From Antedon mediterranea (taxonomy: Eukaryota > Animalia > Echinodermata), in the NCBI RefSeq assembly GCF_964355755.1, contig NC_092672.1, positions 8,370,001 to 8,434,000 on the forward strand: 64,000 nucleotides of DNA. The letters run 5' to 3'. Shown piece by piece: positions 52,001 to 63,940 of the stretch (its first letter is position 1; each line of letters opens with the position of its first letter). The notes under the pieces were generated by a model. It saw nothing but the letters and a program-made list of their open reading frames with translations. It was not told where the DNA came from and searched no databases. Position numbers and translations under genes: made by a program.

Positions 52001-53599
52001 CCTAATGAAACAATATAAACTTTATACCCAGAGCTACACTTTAACTTTTATATCTTTGTACATTAACGGTATTACATTACATTATCCCTATTTAAACTTT
52101 TATCACTCTTTCTCAATCTATTAACACAAAACTTATTTGTAATATAGTTGGGTAAATATTGTTTGCATTGAATAAAAGTCAAACAATCCCGTCTTCTTAA
52201 CATAGTGTACAACTACTTCTCTCTTTTAATAAAATCTTCAAAACAAATATAAAGTGCCATGCATCAGCACTATGTCGACATATTAAATAACCGACCCTGG
52301 AACTCTTTTGACTTTCTTTAGTAAACAGTAAAGTTACCTCCAACTTTTAAACTTTTTATTTTTACATTTTATTGTGGATCAAATATTTTGACTTTGTTCT
52401 ATTGTTATTGTACTAGACTATATGATTTATTGTTTCTGTTTTATTGCTGCCAAGGCCTCCTTCGTCATCACATGTACATATTTGTTAACACTGTGGATTA
52501 ATATTGCTTGAAACGGTGCCCTCAATAACAAACGAGTCTTAAGTCCTGTAAATATTAATCTTAACTCAAGGACCTATAGTAAAGTATACAAGATTTGCAG
52601 TCTATTAAATTTGATGGTAAATAAACCAGTTGGTTTTATTAGATCATTCTCATTTCACAAAATAAACAGTTGCTATTTTAGGGCCTGTTTCTGCTGGCAA
52701 GAAAACTGGTTTTTGAAAAACATGTTTTTTCCCCTCTGCACTAGAAATGACATACACTGACAAAAAAAACGGTTTTAAAAGCTGACTGAAAAAATTGATT
52801 GCACTCTTTGTCATTAAAAAACAGTCTTAAAAAGGGCTTTCTGTTTAGCAATTTTTAGATAAACAAACTCGCACTGAAAACTCTTTCCACATTCCCACTT
52901 TCACTAAATGAACTGTAATGTAGGTATAAATACTGTAATGACGTCATTTTGAACGCTACCTGCAGTTTTACTGTATAAGCTGCAACACAATCTTTGGTAG
53001 TATGTAATATACGGACTGTATAGAAAATAGAAAAATTTATATATTAAAATAGCAATATGTTAAAAGTAAAATATTTATTTGGGAATGCTCTGTGTGCATG
53101 CTCAGTATGTACAGTATACTGTATATTGCTGATAATGATTATTAATTCATAAGACTTTAATTGCGTTGTAAAATGAATTTTTAATCTTATTTCATTGACT
53201 CTTTAGATGATTCACCATTTCCGTTGTTATTGCTAGCATAAAATATGATTGTGAAAGGAGATTGTGAAATACTGTATATTTATTACTGCAATTAAAGAAG
53301 ATCTTGAAATAGAGTTTTATTTCAACGTTTTATGATTGCTCTGACCTTTTCCTGATTCTTGAGTTTTCAAAGTGAAAAATTTTCCCTTTTTAATACCATC
53401 ATATATTTTTCATCTTTAAATTCAAAATGGTGGAAAATTGAAAAAATACATACATTTTACAGTATTAACTATCGATTGTGGAACCAAAAATTTGATATGG
53501 TCACTGAAGTTTATTCTAACATAATAGTATACCTATAGTAGTTGGTCATGTTATTTATTGTGCGCATGCAAGGTAATGGAATATACTTGCTATAGACAA

Positions 53600-54403
53600 C
53601 TAGGATGTGATTTTTATCACTGGTGCTGCAATAACAACCTGAAACTAAACATAAAGAAAACAAAAGAAATGCAAATTGATTTTAGGAAAATTAAAGAACC
53701 CTTAGAACCTCTGATTATAAATGGAAATGAGATTGAAGTAGTAAATGAGTACAAATATCTGGGTTGTATAATTGACAATAAGCTAAATTGGATAAATAAT
53801 GTAAATAAAGCCACATGCAAAGCCAACCAAAGTATGTTTATTTTAAGAAAAATGAAGTACCTACAAATTGACAAAACTATACTTACAGTAAATTGTTTTA
53901 TAACTCTGTAATTCTCAGTGTAATACTTTTTTGTAATGTTTGTTTTTATGGTAATACAATGCAAAAAGATAAAATTAAACTTAATCGAATAGGAAATAGA
54001 GCAATTAGACTAGTAGGAGAGCACTTACCTGATGTTGAATCCTTGTATAAAGAAAATGTGTTAAAAAAAGTAAAAAGTATCATTGATGATGAAACACATC
54101 CTCTTCACAAACAATTTGCTCTCATGAATTCTGGCATAAGACTACGTGCACTTAATACCAAAACAAAACGGTTTAGGTGCTCGTTTGTACCTAATGCTAT
54201 ACACTTATATAACTCCAGAGTACAAAGGTAAAATGTAACCGATAATTTTTATCTAATTTTAACAATTTTTAGCCTCTTAACTTTTTGTGTGTGTTCTTGT
54301 AAATTGTATTTTATATTTTTGTATTTTGCCAGTTTTCAAATCACATTTCTGTTTTTTAAATGGACAATAAAGTATATTATGACTATGACTATGACTATGA
54401 CTA
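53600..54403 (+). mobile_element. 5'-truncated Rex1/Babar-clade LINE
   Basis: WC.NNNLKLNIKKTKEM.IDFRK...YKYLG.IIDNKLNW, then a frameshift, then DETHPLH...SG.RLR...SFVPNAI.LYN; AATAAA and an (ATGACT)n tail. Confidence 0.85.
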
Positions 54404-54602
54404 CTTTCATGCTCAATTTCCAATACAGTTTTTGTAGAACAAATGGACAAGATATCCCAGGAATTGGAAGCTCTTTTAATTAATTAATTTGTCAGAAAAA
54501 CATCCATGTTATAAACAATTTTACTGTTAAATGATGTGATTAGATTCTTAACATATTGTGTAGAGTGAAATAATGTATGTATGTTTTATTTTTGTTTTAC
54601 AG

Positions 54603-54776
54603 ACAAATTTACCGATTGGAGACAAACCTCTTCCACCAACTCCTTCAAGTTTCATTGTTGGTGGCAAGCCCAACACACACAATGGTGTCACAACAACATA
54701 CAGACATTGGAACCCACCTTTATTAGGCAAACTTCCCGACGATTTCCTCAGAATCATTCCCGCTAAAAAACAACCA
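54603..54776 (+). CDS. CUEDC1: CUEDC1 internal exon
   Basis: ttacag|ACA...CCA|gtaaat; YRHWNPPLLGKLPDDFLRI resembles human YRNWNPPLLGNLPDDFLRI. Confidence 0.94.
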
Positions 54777-54844
54777 GTAAATATTAACATTTATATAATG
54801 TAAATTGATAAAAAGCTTTTATTGTATAAATTTATTATGTCATG

Positions 54845-55770
54845 TTAGCTCTGTCAGGATAAGCCTGTCATGCTACAACTTAAAAGTAAGAGGGTACGTG
54901 GTCAAGAACTTTTATTGAGCAAGAGCTATTGAGCAAGAATTGTCAGGTATTAAAGAGGTTTCATCATACATAGTCTGTCAAATGTGGGTAAGAACTCTCT
55001 AACTGTCTGTTCTGACAAGCAAGTTCTGTTATGCCAGTTCTGTCAAGCCAGTTCTATTAAGCATGGTCTGTAAGCAAGAACTGTCAAACATGGTCTTTCA
55101 AGCTACTGTAGTCTCTACAAGATCTCTGAAGGAAGTTCTATCAAGTATTGTCTGTCAATCTAGTTCTGTCAAGCATGGTCTGTCAAGCAAGTTCTGTCAA
55201 GCATGGTCTGTCAAGCATGGTCTGTCAATCTAGTTCTGTCAAGCATGGTCTGTCAATCTAGTTCTGTCAATCAATGGTCTGTAAGCAAGTAATGTCAAGC
55301 ATGGTCTGTAAATAAGTATGTCAATCATGGTCTGTCAAGCTAGTTCTGTCAAGCATGATCTGTCAAGCTAGTTCTGCCAAGCATTATCTGTCAAGCTAGT
55401 TCTGCCAAGCATGGTCTGTCAAGCATGGTATATCAAACTAGTTCTGTCAAGAATGGTTTGTCAAGCTAGTTCTGTCAAGCATGGTCTGTCAAGCTAGTTC
55501 TGTCAGGCATGGTCTATCAAGCTAGTTCTGTCAAGCATGTCCTATCAAGCTAGCTCTGTCAAGCATGGTCTATCAAGCTAGTTCTGTCAAGCATGGTCTA
55601 TCAAGCTAGTTCTGTCAACTATTGTCTGTCAAGCATCGTCTACCAAGCTGGTTCTGTTAAGCATGTCTTATCAAGCTAGCTCTGTCAAGCATGGTCTATC
55701 AAGCTAGTTATGTCAAGCTAGTTCTGTCAAGCTAGTTTATGTCAAGCTACTGTAGCTGTCAACAAGTTCT
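54845..55770. repeat. 14-bp minisatellite alternating CTGTCAAGCATGGT and CTGTCAAGCTAGTT
   Basis: Directly visible; degenerate at the edges. Confidence 0.92.
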
Positions 55771-56469
55771 TTCATGGTCTGTTACCAAGAAATCTCAAGC
55801 AAGTTGATTTTTAAAGATTTATAAAATGTGCTGCCAACCAATAAGATTATTCATATTCTTTGTAACTATGGGTTTTTTTTTCTCACACACATAGATAACT
55901 TGTGATCTGTCCAAATATTTAATGAGTCACGCTTTTATTATAGCAAGAAAACCATTTATACTGTACAGTATTTATTACACTATATTCATTTTCATTTTAG
56001 AAACATTTGTTTTTTTATTAAAAAATTGATACTACATCTGTAGAAAATGTAATATTTTCCACCATATTTTTTGCACAGAATTTCTGTCTTAATGTTAAGA
56101 TTACTACTTAAATGCCATGCATGCAACTGTCCAATTTGTACATGAAGATCAAAGCAGTTAATTACTAAGTAACATACAGATGTCAAGCTGACATGGTTCT
56201 CGGGTCATGTACTGGCAAGTTTTGGCCTACTTTAGCAAAATCTTTGTTTACTTAAAAGTATCATTGTAATTTGATATTTTTATTTTCAGACTATAGATTA
56301 TAATGCAACATCTAACAGTATCTATACTGTAGTATAGTACCTGCAATGGAAATAGAATATGTTTAAAAAAGTCATATTTAACTTGATATTTTACTTTACA
56401 TTATTTGTAAATGTAACTTTCACTAATAATATATTATTAATAATATATTATTAATAATATATTATTAAT

Positions 56470-56740
56470 ATATAATAATATTATTTATTTTAATTTATGA
56501 CGGTTTGAAGACAGGTCTCCTGGGGGCCAGATAGCCACATAGTTGTTAAGGCTAGTGGCTAATAAAGCGGCCTCCCCTTAAATATTCACAAAGACAAACA
56601 TATACACAAGATGCTCTACACAAAAAAAGTCCTATTACAGGTCTTTGGAAGTTGAGTTGTTATGTCATGAGAACAAAATCCATGATACGACACATGATAA
56701 GACTTGAACCCAGGACCCTTGGATTGGTAGCCGTGCATCT
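56470..56740 (-). mobile_element. tRNA-SINE family A copy with a different 3' tail
   Basis: Head and body match the 9655 copy; the tail (AGGGGAGGCCGC...GTCATAAATT plus an AT-rich repeat) does not. Confidence 0.65.
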
Positions 56741-57090
56741 ATTTCTGTCTTTAGATGTATAATATTTTTATACCATAGCATAAAATAGCAAAACTTCTTT
56801 GTAAACTATTTTATTCTTTTTGTGAACATTTTGTGAACCCAGGACCCTTGGATTGGTAGCCGTGCATCTATTTCTGTCTTTAGATGTATAATATTTTTAT
56901 ACCATAGCATAAAATAGCAAAACTTCTTTGTAAACTATTTTATTCTTTTTGTGAACATTTTGTGAACCCAGGACCCTTGGATTGGTAGCCGTGCATCTAT
57001 TTCTGTCTTTAGATGTATAATATTTTTATACCATAGCATAAAATAGCAAAACTTCTTTGTAAACTATTTTATACTTTTTGTGTACATTTC
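56706..57090. repeat. Recent tandem triplication, 129-bp unit
   Basis: GAACCCAGGACCCTTGGATTGG at 56706, 56835 and 56964; near-identical copies. Confidence 0.92.
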
Positions 57091-57165
57091 GTTATATTTT
57101 TTTTAACAAAGATAAAGTAGAGAATAAATTGATTTAATGGTAATTCACAATTGTTTTAACTTTAG

Positions 57166-57352
57166 GAATTGGTTTCATCTACTCTAAGGCAAAGATTGGC
57201 TCAGAACAAAGAACGACAGAACACAGTAGATAAAGATGACGTTGAGACACAGCAGATGTTAGAGGATGAACGGGTGGCGTTAAGTCTACAAAATCAAGAA
57301 TTCTTACAAGAACTTCAGAGGAATCCAGAATTTTTGTCAGCTTTAGAAAATG
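57166..57352 (+). CDS. CUEDC1: CUEDC1 internal exon
   Basis: tttag|GAA...G|gtatga; LEDERVALSLQNQEFLQELQRNPEFLSALE resembles human LEDERIALFLQNEEFMKELQRNRDFLLALE. Confidence 0.95.
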
Positions 57353-57593
57353 GTATGAAAATGTTAAAAATTGTTATGTGTAGCTTAACATTACTCACAA
57401 TAAAAATAACTGATGATATGTTAAATTCTTTAAGGCATGGTTGGCAGACTATACCATTTGTTTACAGGGTGTTCCATGCATTATCCATATAGACTGAGCC
57501 AAGTGCTTCTAGAATAGAATGTATTGTCATAATTTACAGTTAGAAGATTTGGTATTTTTTTACTATTTACTTTCATATTATAAGTGTACCTTT

Positions 57594-57725
57594 GGGTTCT
57601 GGTCCGGCAAATCTAGTTGAACGTCAATGTTTCGTTTTCACGCGCATATCGGCGTCGGCGTGTGGAGCCTTGTAAAAAGTGAAACATTCACGTCCAATTT
57701 GATTTGCTGCCGCCGAATTGGAACC
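57594..57725. mobile_element. Palindromic MITE-like element
   Basis: Arms GCAAATCTAGTTGAACGTCAATGTTTC/GAAACATTCACGTCCAATTTGATTTGC. Confidence 0.55.
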
Positions 57726-58168
57726 TTGCCGTGCTGAATTATTCAATTGCAATAATATATATTAGTACTACAGTGGTGTAAAATTTAAACAACCTCTATA
57801 TGGTATTTTTAGTGATACTGTACTGTATAAGAAAATTAATTGTGCAATCTAAATGGAATATAATTACCCATTACTAATTCTCTAATTCTAACAAAGTACG
57901 ATACGATACGATAATATTTATTGTAGGCTTATTATAAGTAGGCTTATTTTCAATCACTTTACTTTTTTAAGTAACAATTATTAGTTTATCAGACTATAAT
58001 GTCATAAATTACTCTTAACACTGATTTTATTTTATCGAAGTATTAAGTAACTATTAATTATTAATTTTTACAGACTGACGCTAAACTTCTACTTTAATTC
58101 TGCGATTCCACTTTATTTCATTTTAATGATTCAGTTTGTAATATGTACTTCTTAATTTTATGTTCTAA

Positions 58169-58286
58169 AGCTCTATCTACACTATCAAACTAGTTTGACC
58201 AAAAAAAGTGTGATGTACCCAAATATGGTAGTGATATGCCTAAATATGACATCATCATGTCCATATTTGATAGTGTAGACAGAGCT
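58169..58286. mobile_element. Harbinger-like MITE family 1 (internally deleted)
   Basis: Family TIRs. Confidence 0.8.
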
Positions 58287-58956
58287 TCAGAAACCGTGCC
58301 CTTAAGACTCTTCTAATAAAGATCTGAAATTATTTATTTTAAATGTTCAAACTGCATTCTGAATACCAGAGATATCCGGAAACTAGGCATTTCCGGCCAG
58401 CCTAAGGGAGATTAATTGACTGTATGTATTAAAAGAAGAAATGTGTTTAAGGTGCAATATGAAGAGACTTGAACACTCTACCTCAGCGATTATTCATTTA
58501 TTCTGTGATCTGAATTTACTTAAATCTAGCCTAAGACTGTATGTTCAAAATAAGTGTGCATACTATTTTAATGATATTTATTCGGCCACCAATGAATAAT
58601 AACTAGCAGTGAGAATAGGCTAAGTCCAAACAGATTCTGCACACACTCCATAATACAATAAAAAAAGAACATTTCACAATTATAACACCAATGCTCTTCT
58701 TCATCACCAAGTAGCATCCTAGGGTCCTGGGGGTACAGTTTGGGGAAAATTAGAAGGTGGGTTTATCCTTGGATTTACTAAATAATCTAAATTAAGGGAT
58801 GCGATTATTAAATATATAGATGGATTTTGCCATGCAAACCTTCAAACAATAAAATTAAAAATTCAGTTTGAAAAATAATTTTAAATCTTAAATATCAGTT
58901 TTATTTACAATTTACAGTCAGTGTATAAAATTAATAAAATAAAAATACCTTTTTTA

Positions 58957-59355
58957 AGGCCCATTTACACTAGGACGATAACGATGGACGATAAATATAT
59001 AAACATGCATTTTTTTTACATAAAACAAAATAAATTAGAAAGGTTTTCATTCTAGAACTATAAGATAATCATTTAGGCTGTCTTTGATAAAAATAATATT
59101 TTTAAAATTCCAATCAAATGACGTCATGATAAATAAAAACAATAAAATCGTTGTATTGTCACGATATTATTGCTCTTACTAATCATGACGTCATTTGATT
59201 GGACGTGTGAAAATATAATTTTCATCAAAGGAAGCATAGAAGGTTATTCTATAGTTCTAGAATGAACAGTTTTTATATTTCTTTTGTTTTATGTATGAAA
59301 AATGCACATTTGTCTATTTATCGTCAATCGTTATTGTCCTAGTGTAAATGGGCCT
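58957..59355. mobile_element. Foldback Harbinger-like MITE (about 400-bp hairpin)
   Basis: TIR AGGCCCATTTACACTAGGAC with a TTA TSD; arms stay complementary for about 175 bp. Confidence 0.88.
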
Positions 59356-60376
59356 TTAATCTTAAAAAAAAATTATTTTTTTGTCCCCTCCTTTATACTA
59401 CTTGTATAGAATTATTTGACATACATTTGCATATTATTTCATACCTTTATTTCTATAGTAGGACTAATATAAATTTCTTTTGATGGTTGCCAGAAAATCC
59501 TTTATTTTCAATAAGACACTCAAACTGACCTTTCAACACTGTAACCATAATCTTTATATGTCTGTTATAAGTGGTTATAAATTTAAACTGATTAAGTCAT
59601 GATGATAGTTGCTACTCAAAACCGTGACGTTTCTTTGTAATTTCACATTTCTTTGCTTAAAGTTATTGAGAGTTAAAACAGGATCATATTTTACTGGCTT
59701 ATGTCTGGTTTTCTTCTCTTTTGTTATTATTGGAATACAGTACGTTTAGTTTTAGATTTCCTAGACAACTTTGATGCTGTGGAGTTTATAGTTTAAGGCA
59801 TCATAATAATGTATGTATTTGTTTTGTTTTAATATTATTTATTAAGCAATATTTAAATACACGGTTTGTTTCTTTTGTTGTGGTAATATTATAGTAAGAA
59901 ATAACTAACCAATATTTAAGTTGTGGCAATGTTAAATTAAGAAGTAACTAAGTCCAATATTATTAAAAATAACTACATTTTCGCATAAAAACAATTTATA
60001 CAAACATGTATTGTTTTTGATTGATTTGTTTGTTATTAATTTGCGTTGTTATCCCACAATATGGTTATAGTCTTTGTAGGATTATCATTCAATTATTGTT
60101 TTTAATAAGCATATGGAGATGGCCTATTGTACAATATTGTAGGCCATTTTCATATTCAATGAAAACAGGCCTAATTATTGTAATTATTTTAATTAATTAG
60201 TTATATTTCTTATTTGTTGTTGTTTTTACTCATTGTTTCATTCCAGCCTCAACGTGTACTGTTTTGCTGATGTTTTTTACCAATTTTCATCTAAAGGGTT
60301 CTGTATTATAATATGTTTTACCTTAAAGTGACCAGTATTTAAATAAAACGACATTTAAATGATTTTATTTTCATAG

Positions 60377-60589
60377 ATTATTCAAATGCAATAAGAAGAG
60401 GTGCAGTTGAGCCGATTTCACCGTCACTAACACATCAACAATCAGCTATGGGTACACAAACATCACGTCATGTAGAAGGGAATACACATATAGTACAGGA
60501 TGGAAGTGGGGGCGCTGCAGCTGTTGGAGCAACGGGGAATGCGACTAGGGATCCAGCTTTTGAAGCTAAATTGTCACACATGGGAAAAT
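60377..60589 (+). CDS. CUEDC1: CUEDC1 internal exon
   Basis: tcatag|AT...T|gtaatt; ends DPAFEAKLSHMGK, resembling human DALFRDKLKHMGK; phase 1 at both ends. Confidence 0.9.
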
Positions 60590-60888
60590 GTAATTATTAC
60601 AATTTGTTTTCAACATAAATTCAAGTCATAACCATTTAAATCATAGTCATTACCTTTAATAATAATAATTAATAATTTAACAACAATATATTTCCAATCG
60701 TTTCCATTATTTCAAAATAAAGTTATTTTATATTCTTATCCTTCATCCATTGTTAATGTACTTCAAAATTGTGACATCAATTTTAATGTTAGAATCTGAT
60801 TTCATTCCTGTTGCCATTGTCACCTCCTTGACGGTCCTTATCTGTCTTTTGTTCAATGCATTGCTAATTTGTGTTCTTGTTTTTGCAG

Positions 60889-60961
60889 CCACAAAAGTAA
60901 AATTAGCACAACTTGCCAAGAAATTCAACAAGAAAAAAAAGAAAAGAAATTCAAGATATGG
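60889..60961 (+). CDS. CUEDC1: CUEDC1 internal exon preceding the U12 intron
   Basis: ttgcag|CC...GG|GTATCCTTT; STKVKLAQLAKKFNKKKKKR resembles human STRRKLFELARAF. Confidence 0.9.
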
Positions 60962-61514
60962 GTATCCTTTAAAATTCAATGTCATACATATTGTTCTGTT
61001 GCTCTTAGCACCTCTCTAATAAGAAGTACTGTACAATAGTACCTCTGTTCATTAGTAATGTAAGGTTCTGGTGAGTGAGTGGCCAAGCGGTTAAGACAGT
61101 GGAACCTTAATACCTAGGCATAACATCTGCAAGGGTTTGAATCTCACTTACTCCATGATTCTGTTGGTAGAATGAGTCTTCTTGGATAAGGAATATAAAC
61201 CGTAGGTTCAGTGTACACATCTGGCTCATGTGCACTTTAAAGAACCTAGTACGAGTAGGGGGCTACTCTGGTGTACTAGTATACACATCCACTGTTCACA
61301 CACAGACATTATCATAATTCATCACGAGGGCCCCTTAATTGTCAGCATATGCTGTTTAGGGTCACCCTCTATAAATTAACTATTAACAATACTGTACTGT
61401 GGATGAATCTCTCATTAACAGTCACAGTGGTGGCATAAATGGAAGGTTTACATAGTTTAACTAGTGTCGCAGTGTTTCACTTGTTTGTTTCAATCCTTAA
61501 TGATATTTTAACAG
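60962..61514 (+). other. CUEDC1: U12-type (minor spliceosome) GT-AG intron
   Basis: 5' splice site GTATCCTTT; branch site TCCTTAAT at 61494-61501, 13 nt before the 3' end; no strong pyrimidine tract; frame is preserved. Confidence 0.9.
61073..61385 (+). mobile_element. tRNA-SINE family B copy inside the U12 intron
   Basis: GAGTGAGTGGCCAAGCGGTTAAGAC...GGATAAGGAATATAAACCGTAGG. Confidence 0.75.
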
Positions 61515-61632
61515 GCCAACAGAAATCGGTCCATCGTCAGATAGTCTTTTAGATGAGTACGCAGAAGACGATACAAGCCTTTTAACACAACGTAGAGGAA
61601 GGGCAGAGGAAAATATATACTCAGACTTACAA
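61515..61632 (+). CDS. CUEDC1: CUEDC1 penultimate coding exon
   Basis: acag|G...CAA|gtaagc; GPSSDSLLDE resembles human AASTANLLDD. Confidence 0.85.
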
Positions 61633-61725
61633 GTAAGCATCACTATCTATCCTATTGTTAGTTAACCATCTACTTTGTGATTCATATTCACAATCAAAAA
61701 CTAATACATAATTTAAACTCCATAT

Positions 61726-61924
61726 CAGTGGCAGATCCTGGGTTTTGAAAATGGTGGTTGTGTTCTATCTCTTGAATTGTATTTTCTAAAATATTGGTGT
61801 AGGTGGTGGTAGTTTGGGTTTGGGAGTAGCTGTTGGGGGTGGGGATGTCAGTGTTTTGTGTTATAGCATCCTAACTGATTTCTCCATGGTTATAGTGTGT
61901 CACTTTTCCCCTGGATCTGCTATG
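61726..61924. mobile_element. Degenerate hAT-like MITE
   Basis: CAGTGGCAGATCC...GGATCTGCTATG, related to the TIR at 26041. Confidence 0.5.
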
Positions 61925-62246
61925 ATAAGATATCATGCTTCATCTTAGTATATTAATCCAACCATTAAATTCTGCACAGTTCAAGACATATAGGCCAGCA
62001 GTAGAAAAGGAATTATGATGCTCTCAAATATAATTGTGCTACATTTGTATTGTGCTGCATCTGCATTATTTGTGCTACATATATACTATACAAGGGTGAT
62101 TCTTTTAACACAATTGTCTCTCAATCTATACTGCTCTTTATCAAATTTTTAATGCTCTATATAAATACTGGTTAACTTTTTTTTTAATGTTGCATTAAAT
62201 CAACTAAAAGCTAAAAAATACCTTCTAAAAAGAAAGATTCTTCTTA

Positions 62247-62353
62247 AGCTCTGTCTACTCTATCAAACTTTATGTGATGTGGATATATCACTACCATATT
62301 TGGGCATATCACCCTTTTTTTTGTCAAGCTAGTTTGATAGTGTAAACAGAACT
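62247..62353. mobile_element. Harbinger-like MITE family 1 (short)
   Basis: Family TIRs with a TTA TSD. Confidence 0.8.
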
Positions 62354-62430
62354 TTAGTGTCAGTGCTACTGTATAACACTATACATGCTTTTAACATCTC
62401 TGCTTTCGCTTTTTGCTGTGCACTTTTTAG

Positions 62431-62520
62431 TCCTCATCTATAAGGAAGAAAAGAGGTAATGAAGAGCCTATAGTATACTACAGTGAGGATGATCACTTTC
62501 CCTTGCACAGGAACCCATAA
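62431..62520 (+). CDS. CUEDC1: CUEDC1 candidate last coding exon A
   Basis: Strong pyrimidine tract then tttttag|TCC; phase 0; SSSIRKKRGNEEPIVYYSEDDHFPLHRNP*. No homology support. Confidence 0.5.
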   Translation, partial: SSSIRKKRGNEEPIVYYSEDDHFPLHRNP

Positions 62521-62659
62521 TCTTGCCTTTACATTGCAGTATTTAAGGTTTGTAGAAAGGTTGTCGATGCATGGTTTTACTGTTTTGTTAAGTGTGTCAC
62601 ATAAAAGGTCACATTACTTCTGAGTAAATTCTAGCACATAATATTCAAAGTGCAACTAA

Positions 62660-62880
62660 AGGCCAACTGAGACAGCGTTGTACGATGAGGTCCGACGTAT
62701 GAGTACGTAGTTTTTAGGTCGTCAGGAGTAAAATTAAACATGTTTAATAAAGTTCTCCTGACGACCTAAAAACTATGCCCTACTCTACTCAAGACGACTC
62801 GTCTCGATTCAACAAAGACAGCACTGACGAGTCAAGACGTTTCATTGGGCCTTATCGTACAATACTGTCTGAGTTGGCCT
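62660..62880. mobile_element. Harbinger-like MITE family 3
   Basis: TAA|AGGCCAACT.AGACAG...CTGTCT.AGTTGGCCT|TAA; perfect internal 21-bp stem TAGTTTTTAGGTCGTCAGGAG. Confidence 0.85.
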
Positions 62881-63940
62881 TAACAGAGCAGACCAATGAT
62901 TATAGTTGAAGACCCGTTCCACCACAGGAACAATGACTCATATCATACATTATTTAATGCAAAATGCCAGTTTTCTTAACTGCTTGGCCAATAAATGAAA
63001 GTACAAACGTTTTAAAATGGCAAACACAATTTTGCAAAACTTGCAACCAAAATATGTCACTTTTTTTTCCTTTTTCAATTGCGTGCAACTGAATTTACAC
63101 TCTGTGGCAATCAATCAGATGAGAAGTGGAACACCACAGCTGTGTGTGCATTTTGTCTATTATTTAGAATTCAATCAGCTGTTATTTAACTTTCATAATT
63201 TACATTTTTGTATCACTATCAAGTTTAGTTAATTTAGAAATCAATTTTGTTCATTGCACTATTTCAATACTCAATTTTGTCGCTCTGTTGTATTTTAAAA
63301 ATGTTATTGTCTTCTTCTGTGTTACTAACCTTCAACTAATTTTGAGCAATTGTATGTGAACATGAATTTCATTTTGGAAAAATAAAATGAACTATGAACT
63401 ATAGTGTAAATTTTAATTGTATTGCCAAAAAATGTACAAGAAAAATGTCACCTTGTGAAACAAAATAAGGTTAACTTCAAATAAAAAAAGAAAGAACACA
63501 CAGAGTTGCCCTTGTTTTTTTCTGAAATTTGGTATATCTTCTTATGTCATATTTCTTTAAGAAAATAACAGTAAATCCTGTTTTCCACTAGATCATTATA
63601 TTCTTTTCATTGTATTTTTCCTTACCTTTTTTTTGTCAGAGTTTGTATTAAATACTGTAAATGTTATGAAATTAAAGATGAAAAAAAGATTTGTTCGTCC
63701 AAATAGAAAGCATATCAAATTTGCAAACAATCAGAGCTCATAAGCACTCATGCAAATAAAAAATCTCAGCAGTTACACAATGTAAATGAAAATCGCAACT
63801 ATTTGCTCTTGTGGTGGAAGCATGATTTTGTTCTCTGCAACACTTTAAATTCAAGCGAACTATTAAATTATTAAATTGACTAAATATTAAGTTAGTTTTA
63901 AAATTAATTACAATTTATATATTTTGTTCTACTTCAACAG

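Noticed and set aside
54845-55770. CRISPR-like appearance of short repeats (also 41802-41925)
   Set aside because: No unique spacers, eukaryotic intron context and no cas genes.
60750-61019. Hydrophobic 89-aa ORF resembling a membrane protein
   Set aside because: It is an intronic pyrimidine tract read in frame with the 73-bp CUEDC1 exon.
62824-62845. CTGACGA-GTC-AA-GAC hammerhead-like start
   Set aside because: Followed by GTTT rather than GAAA; it lies inside a Harbinger-like MITE.
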